From assembly GCA_036001625.1 (NCBI GenBank), contig DASYUD010000006.1:4841-68840 (forward strand): a stretch of 64,000 nucleotides of DNA. The letters run 5' to 3'. This DNA comes from Gaiellaceae bacterium. Its GTDB lineage: Bacteria; Actinomycetota; Thermoleophilia; Gaiellales; Gaiellaceae. The position numbers and the translations under genes are program-made. Positions 58,392 to 64,000 of this stretch are shown here, one piece after another (within the stretch, counting starts at the first letter, position 1; the number at the start of each line of letters is the position of its first letter). A model generated the notes under the pieces. That model did not search any database. It was given only the letters and a program-made list of their open reading frames with translations, and had not been told where the DNA came from.

Positions 58392-59182
58392 CCGAGCGGC
58401 TCCTGACGCTGCCTGCGCCAATCGAAGATGGTGACCGTCTCGTACCCCGCCGCCCGTGCGTGCGCGATCGCGCGATCGAGGTCGCGCCCGACGTTCTGCG
58501 GGACATGCGCGTCCGAGGCGAGCGTGATCGGGGTGCCGCGCGCGTACGCCGCCTCAAGCAGCGCCGTGTTGGGATAGAGCTTGCCGTGCCGCTTGTGCAG
58601 GCCCGCACTCGAGACCTCCAAGCACACACCGTCGAGGCTCCTAGCGACCGACTCCCAGTCCCACTCGATCTCCGGCCCGAACATCTTCACGAGGTCGGGG
58701 TGCCCAAGGGTGTCGAAGAGGCCGCTGCGCGCGGCGGCGGCGAGCTCGTCGTAGTAGCGACGCCAGGCCTCTTCGACGCCGACCCGGTGTACGAGCGAAG
58801 GCTCGCCGTCGATGCTAATGCCGTCGAGGAAGTGGATCGAGCCGATCAGGTAGTCCCAGGGATACGGCTGCAGAAGCTCATCGGTTTCGCGCTCGAGCTC
58901 GCGGTCGTAGTCGACCTCGAGCCCGAGCTTGACCGGGTAGCCGCGGCGCTTCGCCTCGACCACAGCGTCGACGTAGGAATCGAGGTCGTGCTTGCAGCGC
59001 TCGAGCTGGTACGGCAGCGACCAGAGCGAGCGTGTTTGCTCGAAGTAGTAGACGTGCTCGGTGAAGCCGATCTCGTCGACGCCGCGATCGGCGGCGGTCT
59101 CCACGTAGCGCTCGACCGCCTCGACCGTGTGCTCGATCGACTCGTCCGGCGCGCGAAGGTGCGTGTGGTAGTCGACGATCAC
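58388..59182 (-). CDS. PHP-family phosphatase (histidinol-phosphatase HisK-like)
   Basis: IVDYHTHLR, GFTEHVYYF, LASDAH. GTGA overlaps at both ends. Confidence 0.75.
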   Translation of the reverse strand: MIVDYHTHLRAPDESIEHTVEAVERYVETAADRGVDEIGFTEHVYYFEQTRSLWSLPYQLERCKHDLDSYVDAVVEAKRRGYPVKLGLEVDYDRELERETDELLQPYPWDYLIGSIHFLDGISIDGEPSLVHRVGVEEAWRRYYDELAAAARSGLFDTLGHPDLVKMFGPEIEWDWESVARSLDGVCLEVSSAGLHKRHGKLYPNTALLEAAYARGTPITLASDAHVPQNVGRDLDRAIAHARAAGYETVTIFDWRRQRQEPLG

Positions 59183-59844
59183 AGCCAGCCGGCGACGAGC
59201 TCGAGATCCGCCCGGCTCGTGATCTTGAGCAAGCGAGGATCGCCCTCGACGACCCGAACTCGGCCCCCTCGCGCCTCGACGAGGCTCGCGCAGTCGGCGG
59301 CGGCGGACACGTCGTCGGCGAGCGCGTCGCGAAGGACGGAAGCCACGAACGCCTGCGGCGTCTGCACGGCGACGAGCTGCGAGCGGTCGAGCGTCTCGGC
59401 GACCGTCTCACCCTCGACCCGTTTGATCGTGTCCGCGACCGACAGCGCCGGGACCGCGCCGTCCCAGCCGTCGGCAAGTGCGCCGACGACGCGCTCGATC
59501 ACCTCGTCGGTCAGCATCGGCCGGGCGGCGTCGTGGACGAGCACGACCGCCGCGTCGTCGGGAATCTCGCGGAGCGCAATCCGGACGGACTCGCTCCGGC
59601 TCTCACCGCCGGTGACGGTCGACGCGACCTTGCCGGCGCCGAGCTCCTCGGCGAGGAGGATGCAGGGCTCTTCCCACTCGGGCGGCGCCGCGACCACGAT
59701 GCCCTCGACCCAGTCGGAAGCATCGAGCCGCTCGAGACTCTCGGCGAGCAGCGGCCTGTCGCCGAGGCGCGCGAACGCCTTCGGCCGGTCGGCACCGAGC
59801 CGTTCGCCGCGCCCGGCTGCGGCCAACACAGCCCAGACGGACAC
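59179..59844 (-). CDS. ispD: 2-C-methyl-D-erythritol 4-phosphate cytidylyltransferase
   Basis: VLAAAGRGERLGADRPKAF, VLVHDAARP. Confidence 0.9.
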   Translation of the reverse strand: MSVWAVLAAAGRGERLGADRPKAFARLGDRPLLAESLERLDASDWVEGIVVAAPPEWEEPCILLAEELGAGKVASTVTGGESRSESVRIALREIPDDAAVVLVHDAARPMLTDEVIERVVGALADGWDGAVPALSVADTIKRVEGETVAETLDRSQLVAVQTPQAFVASVLRDALADDVSAAADCASLVEARGGRVRVVEGDPRLLKITSRADLELVAGWL

Positions 59845-59857
59845 GCGCGGAGACTAA

Positions 59858-60385
59858 CTACGCCTTGGCTGCGACCTTCGGCCTGCTGTTGCTGCGCTTC
59901 GTGCCGACGCCCGCGAGGATGTCGTCGAGCCACTCGGCGGCCTCTTCCTCGTCCATGCCCTTCGCGTACATGAGCTCACTGACGAGGATCTTCTTGGCCT
60001 TGACGAACATCTGCTTCTCGCCGGTGGAAAGGCCCTTCTCGTGGTCGCGCAGCGAGAGGTTCCGGACGACCTCGGCGAGCTCGAAGATGTCGCCCGTCTT
60101 CATCTTGTCGCGGTTGTGCTTGAAGCGGCGGTTCCAGTTCTTCGGCATCGTCGTGCCGCTCCCCCGGAGCGCCTTCAGCACGTGCTCGACGGTTGTGGCA
60201 TCGATTACCTTGCGGAGCCCAACGCGGTCGGCGTTCTCGGCCGGCACGTTCACCGTCATGTCGTTGTGCAGGATCTGGATCGTCAGGTACTCACGCTCCT
60301 CACCGAGCACCTTCCGCTTCTCCTTCTTGACCACGGTGCCTGCCCCGTGGTGCGGATACACGACCTTATCGCCGACCTTGTACAA
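59858..60385 (-). CDS. carD: CarD/CdnL-family RNA-polymerase-binding regulator
   Basis: YKVGDKVVYPHHGAGTVV. TTG start at 60385, 6 nt after AAGGGGAGG. Confidence 0.85.
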   Translation of the reverse strand: MYKVGDKVVYPHHGAGTVVKKEKRKVLGEEREYLTIQILHNDMTVNVPAENADRVGLRKVIDATTVEHVLKALRGSGTTMPKNWNRRFKHNRDKMKTGDIFELAEVVRNLSLRDHEKGLSTGEKQMFVKAKKILVSELMYAKGMDEEEAAEWLDDILAGVGTKRSNSRPKVAAKA

Positions 60386-60492
60386 GCCCGACCTCCCCTT
60401 TCTGTGCGACATCACCAAGCCGCCGGCGACTGAGCGACCGCCGGCGAACGGAAGCCAGTATATCGGAAGTTGGCCAAAAATGCCAGGTTTTC

Positions 60493-60527
60493 CAGGGTTT
60501 TTCTGAGACTCGTCCGAAAAAGCCCTG
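60493..60527. terminator. hairpin with A5/T5 arm ends between radA and carD
   Basis: cagggttttt-(14 nt)-aaaaagccctg (one bulge), 12 nt past the radA stop. Confidence 0.4.
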
Positions 60528-60538
60528 CTCAGACAGGA

Positions 60539-61885
60539 CTACGCCGCCTTGGGATCGGCCTTCTCCAGCGCCGCCGAGACGGCCTGGCGGAGCGTCTCGG
60601 CCCCGACGAGTGTGAGCTTCGCTCGCGCCTCCGTCCCCGCGGGCACGAGGACGGCCTCCAGCCCCAGCTTCGCGCACTCCTGAGCGCGCCTCTCGGCCTG
60701 GGTCGCCGGCCGAAGCCGGCCCGTGAGGCCGATCTCGCCGAAGGCCGCCGTGCCCGCCCGCACGGTCGCGCCGCGCGCCGCAGAGGCGATCGCGAGACCG
60801 ACGGCGAGATCGGCGCCCGGCTCGTCGATTCGCACGCCCCCGGCGACGTTGACGAAGACGTCGGCCTGGCCGAGGGCGAGCCCTGCGTGGCGGGAGAGGA
60901 CGGCGACGATCATCGCGAGCCGCTTCGGGTCGACGCCGGTAGCGACGCGCCTCGGCATCGCCAGGTCGGTGGGTGACACGAGCGCCTGGATCTCGAGGAG
61001 CAGAGGCCGCGTCCCCTCGAGCGCGCACGCGACGGCCGCGCCCACCTCGCCCGCGCTTCGCCCGAAGATCGCCGACGGGTCGGGAACGCCCTGGAGGCCT
61101 GAGCCCGTCATCTCGAAGACGCCGAGCTCGTTGGTCGAGCCGAAGCGATTCTTCGCCGCGCGGAGGATGCGGTGCGCGTGGTAGCGGTCGCCCTCGAACT
61201 GGAGGACGCAGTCGACGAGGTGCTCGAGGACGCGGGGGCCCGCGACCGAGCCGTCCTTCGTCACGTGGCCCACCAGGAAGAGTGCGACGCCCGCCTCCTT
61301 GCCCACGCGCAGCAGGCGGGCCGCGGCCTCGCGCACCTGCGCCACCGAGCCCGGCGCCGAGCCGATCTCCCCCGAGTAGAGCGTCTGCACTGAATCGATC
61401 ACGCAGACCGCGGGCCGCTCGCGCTCGAGCGTCGCGCAGATTGCCTGAAGGTCGGTCTCGGCAAGGATCTCGACGTTCTCCGCGCCGCCGAGCCGCGCGG
61501 CACGAAGCTTCACCTGCGCCGTCGACTCCTCGCCTGTGACGAGCAGCGCTCGCCGCTCGCGCGAGATCGCAGCGAGGGCCATGAGGAGGAGTGTCGACTT
61601 CCCGACGCCGGGCTCGCCCCCGACCAGGACGAGCGAGGCGGGGACGAGGCCTCCGCCGAGCACACGGTCGAGCTCGGGGACACCGGTCGATATGCGGGCG
61701 GCGTCCTCGACCTCGACCTCGGCGAGGCGCAGCAGCGGCTTCGCCTCGGCCTGACCGTTCGCCGCCGAGGGCGTCTGCTCGGTGAGCGTGCCGAAGCTGC
61801 CGCACCCCGGGCAGCGGCCGAGCCAGCGGCCGGTCGAGTAGCCGCACTCGGCGCAGGAGTAGTGGAGGGCAGCCACTTTCGCCAT
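60539..61885 (-). CDS. radA: DNA repair protein RadA
   Basis: YSCAECGYSTGRWLGRCPGCGSF zinc finger, GEPGVGKST, Lon-like C-domain. Confidence 0.95.
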   Translation of the reverse strand: MAKVAALHYSCAECGYSTGRWLGRCPGCGSFGTLTEQTPSAANGQAEAKPLLRLAEVEVEDAARISTGVPELDRVLGGGLVPASLVLVGGEPGVGKSTLLLMALAAISRERRALLVTGEESTAQVKLRAARLGGAENVEILAETDLQAICATLERERPAVCVIDSVQTLYSGEIGSAPGSVAQVREAAARLLRVGKEAGVALFLVGHVTKDGSVAGPRVLEHLVDCVLQFEGDRYHAHRILRAAKNRFGSTNELGVFEMTGSGLQGVPDPSAIFGRSAGEVGAAVACALEGTRPLLLEIQALVSPTDLAMPRRVATGVDPKRLAMIVAVLSRHAGLALGQADVFVNVAGGVRIDEPGADLAVGLAIASAARGATVRAGTAAFGEIGLTGRLRPATQAERRAQECAKLGLEAVLVPAGTEARAKLTLVGAETLRQAVSAALEKADPKAA

Positions 61886-62007
61886 GCCGTCGAGTCTACG
61901 AGGGCGGTCCGACGCCGACTGTGCCGGATCTGTGACTTAGGAGGGATTGGCGGAACGTCGCTCGTCGTCGGGGTTCGATGGTCGTTCCGAGGCAAGGACG
62001 CAGGGGA

Positions 62008-62034
62008 GCGCCGATAGCAGTTCGCTATCGGCGC
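62008..62034 (-). terminator. perfect 11-bp hairpin downstream of the EamA gene
   Basis: gcgccgatagc-agttc-gctatcggcgc. Confidence 0.45.
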
Positions 62035-62103
62035 GACGGAGGACGCCGCCTCGGGGCGAGCAGCGCGGCCCGACGGCACAGCGCTGCGTTTCGCCGAGCC
62101 CTC

Positions 62104-63027
62104 CTAATGCTCGGGAACTCCTTCGAAAGCGGGCTCGGCGCGCACTCGCGCGCGCCGGCTCACGGAGGCGATCAGGAGCCCGGCGAGGATCGCCGCCGCG
62201 CCGACGAGCTGGAGCGCCGATGGGCTCTCGTCGATCAGCAGCGCGGCGAAGACGACCGACGCCAGGGGCTGGAAGGTCAGCAGCACAGAGGTCAGCGCGG
62301 CCGGGAGCCTCGCCAGCGAGACGGTGATCAGCAACCAGCCGACGACCTGGGAGCTGAGTGCGAGCAGGACGAGCCAAGCGGTCGCCTCGAGCGAGGGCGA
62401 GAAGTCGAGTTCGCCGAGGAGGAGGCCCGCCGGGACGAGGAAGAGCGCGCTCGCGAGCGTCGCGTCGTAGAGCGGACCGGCGATCCGGCGTAGGTCGCTC
62501 GAGCCGTGCCGGAGCGCGAGCAGAAATCCCGAATAGGCGATCCCCGTGACGACGCCGTAGACGGCGCCGAGCGCGGGGTTGTCGCCGTACGCGCCCTTCT
62601 CGAACACGCCGGATATGAGGACGATGCCGAGCATCGCAACGGGGATTGCCAGCACCGAGCTTCTTGCCGGGCGCTCGCGGAAGATCAGCCAGGCCAGCAG
62701 TCCCACGAGGAGGACTTGCGTGTTGCCGAGCACGGTCGCGAGCCCGGCGCCGACCTCTTCGATCGAGTGGTGCCAGAGGATGAGGTCGGCTGCGAAGAAC
62801 GCTCCGGCAAGCCAGGCGGCTCGCCGGAGCGGCCACGGGCGGGGGCCGAGCTTGCGGTCCTCTCGGGCGGCGAGCAGCCAGAGAGGCGGGAGCGCGTAGA
62901 GGCAACGGAAAAAGGCGCCCGTCGAAGGCGAGACCTCGGCAAGCCGGTAGAGGATCCCCGAGAACGCGATTGCGAGCGCGCCCGCGAGCACGCCGAGCGC
63001 CGGGCGATCGGTGAGGGTTCGCCTCAC
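62104..63027 (-). CDS. EamA/DMT-family transporter
   Basis: About 10 hydrophobic segments, duplicated EamA-like halves, 307 aa. Confidence 0.8.
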   Translation of the reverse strand: MRRTLTDRPALGVLAGALAIAFSGILYRLAEVSPSTGAFFRCLYALPPLWLLAAREDRKLGPRPWPLRRAAWLAGAFFAADLILWHHSIEEVGAGLATVLGNTQVLLVGLLAWLIFRERPARSSVLAIPVAMLGIVLISGVFEKGAYGDNPALGAVYGVVTGIAYSGFLLALRHGSSDLRRIAGPLYDATLASALFLVPAGLLLGELDFSPSLEATAWLVLLALSSQVVGWLLITVSLARLPAALTSVLLTFQPLASVVFAALLIDESPSALQLVGAAAILAGLLIASVSRRARVRAEPAFEGVPEH

Positions 63028-63054
63028 CCCCGCAGCCTACGTAGAGTTTGTTGT

Positions 63055-63471
63055 ATGGCCGAGACAGTCGGCGGCAGCTGCCTCTGCGGGGGCGTCCGCT
63101 TCGAGGTGACGCTGCCCTTCACGCGCGCGATCCACTGCCACTGCTCGCGGTGCCGCAAGCACTCGGGCGCCTTCGGGCTCACGGTCGGGCACATCCCACG
63201 CGAGCAGTTCCGGCTCCTCGAGGGCGAGGAGCTGATCCGCGTCTATCGCCCCGAGGGCGGCCGCGTCAAGGCGTTCTGCTCGGAGTGCGGCTCGAGCCTC
63301 TTCGGCAACTGGTGGCCGGAGGGCGAGCACATCTCCGTGCGCCTGGGTGCACTCGACGGAGATCCGAAGATCCGGCCGGAGCGCCACTCGTACGTCGATT
63401 CCCGCGCGCCGTGGGACGAACTCCCGGACGACGGGCTGCCGCGTTACCCGGACGCGCCGCCGGCAGCCTAG
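63055..63471 (+). CDS. GFA/CENP-V family (Zn-Cys) protein
   Basis: GSCLCGGVRFEV, CHCSRCRKHSGA, FCSECGSSLF. 138 aa from the ATG at 63055. Confidence 0.8.
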   Translation: MAETVGGSCLCGGVRFEVTLPFTRAIHCHCSRCRKHSGAFGLTVGHIPREQFRLLEGEELIRVYRPEGGRVKAFCSECGSSLFGNWWPEGEHISVRLGALDGDPKIRPERHSYVDSRAPWDELPDDGLPRYPDAPPAA

Positions 63472-63481
63472 GATTTCCGTC

Positions 63482-63910
63482 ATGCCCGACTGGTTCGTCT
63501 GGACGATCGTCGCGGTCGCGCTCGCGGTCGGGGAGATCTTCACGCCCGGCCTGTTCTTCCTCGGGCCCGTTGCGCTCGCAGCGCTCCTCGCAGCGATCCT
63601 TGCTCTCGCCGGGATAGGCGTGGCCTTCCAGATGATCGCGTTCATCGCAGGTTCGATCGCCTCGCTCGCGCTTCTCCGCCCGATTGCGCGCCGGCATATC
63701 CACATGCCGGCGATGCTCCGCACCGGCACCGCGGCGCTCGTCGGATCGAAGGCGATCGTCCTGCAAAGAGTCGACGTGGACGGTGGTCGGGTCCGGATCG
63801 GGGGCGAGGAATGGTCTGCGCGCGCCTACGTGGAGGATCAGGTTCTCGAGCCGGGCGCGCGCGTCGAGGTCGTGAAGATCGAGGGCGCAACCGCGCTCGT
63901 CTACCAGTAG
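63482..63910 (+). CDS. NfeD-family membrane protein
   Basis: MPDWFVWTIVAVALAVGEIFTPG..., C-terminal OB-like RVRIGGEEWSARA...VEVVKIEGATALV. Confidence 0.8.
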   Translation: MPDWFVWTIVAVALAVGEIFTPGLFFLGPVALAALLAAILALAGIGVAFQMIAFIAGSIASLALLRPIARRHIHMPAMLRTGTAALVGSKAIVLQRVDVDGGRVRIGGEEWSARAYVEDQVLEPGARVEVVKIEGATALVYQ

Positions 63911-63920
63911 GAGGTCACCG

Positions 63921-64000
63921 ATGGCCGAGTTGATCGTGCTCCTGATCGTGGCGGGGTTCGTGCTCCTCGTGCTCGCGCGGACGATCCGGATCGTGCCGCA
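63921..64000 (+). CDS. SPFH/band-7 (stomatin-like) protein, 5' fragment at the window edge
   Basis: GGAGG RBS. MAELIVLLIVAGFVLLVLARTIRIVP. Classic NfeD-SPFH pairing. Confidence 0.6.
   Translation, partial: MAELIVLLIVAGFVLLVLARTIRIVP

Noticed and set aside
61940-62000. tRNA-like signal (GGGGTTCGATGG) upstream of radA
   Set aside because: The flanking bases do not form a T-stem, and no acceptor or anticodon arms could be folded.

Overview
All calls rest on reading the ORF track and translating by eye; no search was run. The window looks high-GC (~70% by eye). It is a Gram-positive-type chromosomal segment, probably a deep-branching Actinomycetota lineage; a decayed delta-60-repeat gene and Bacillus-like gene orders hint at Thermoleophilia/Rubrobacteria (inference only). 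Most of the ~70 genes are core. Central carbon metabolism: a type-E-like sdhA/sdhB/CCG-subunit operon, pckA, citrate synthase-icd-mdh, sucC/sucD, and acyl-CoA carboxylase alpha and beta subunits. Housekeeping: a carD-ispD-ispF, gltX-cysS-rlmB-yacP-sigH block, tRNA-Thr(UGU), radA, two tandem Xer-type recombinases, pgsA, a MutY-like glycosylase and an ABC-F ATPase. Signalling: an OmpR/HK pair and a GGDEF+HD-GYP protein. No CRISPR array, transposase, rRNA or phage genes were seen. Main points of interest: (1) three paralogous lipoprotein genes sit, translationally coupled, between sdhA and sdhB; (2) at 8.1-17.4 kb two giant STAND regulators (LuxR-LAL; SARP + class III cyclase + P-loop + TPR) are interleaved with a 3-copy 50-codon ORF family, shared leader elements, a 76-bp repeat, a decayed secreted-protein gene and a 49-aa secreted peptide; (3) unrelated genes are inserted with overlapping stop/start codons into sucC-sucD (SAM methyltransferase) and ispD-ispF (PHP phosphatase); (4) a 65-aa hyper-acidic D-T/D-A repeat ORF abuts a JmjC/cupin-4 gene that has no canonical start codon; (5) a visibly lower-GC Arch_ATPase-type gene lies 3' of tRNA-Thr behind an AT-rich TACAT/ATGTA array; (6) a Bacillus Spo0H-type sigma factor is present; (7) several conserved N-termini begin at CTG or ATC codons. 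Many long Arg/Pro/Ala-rich ORFs in the track are shadow frames and were not called.
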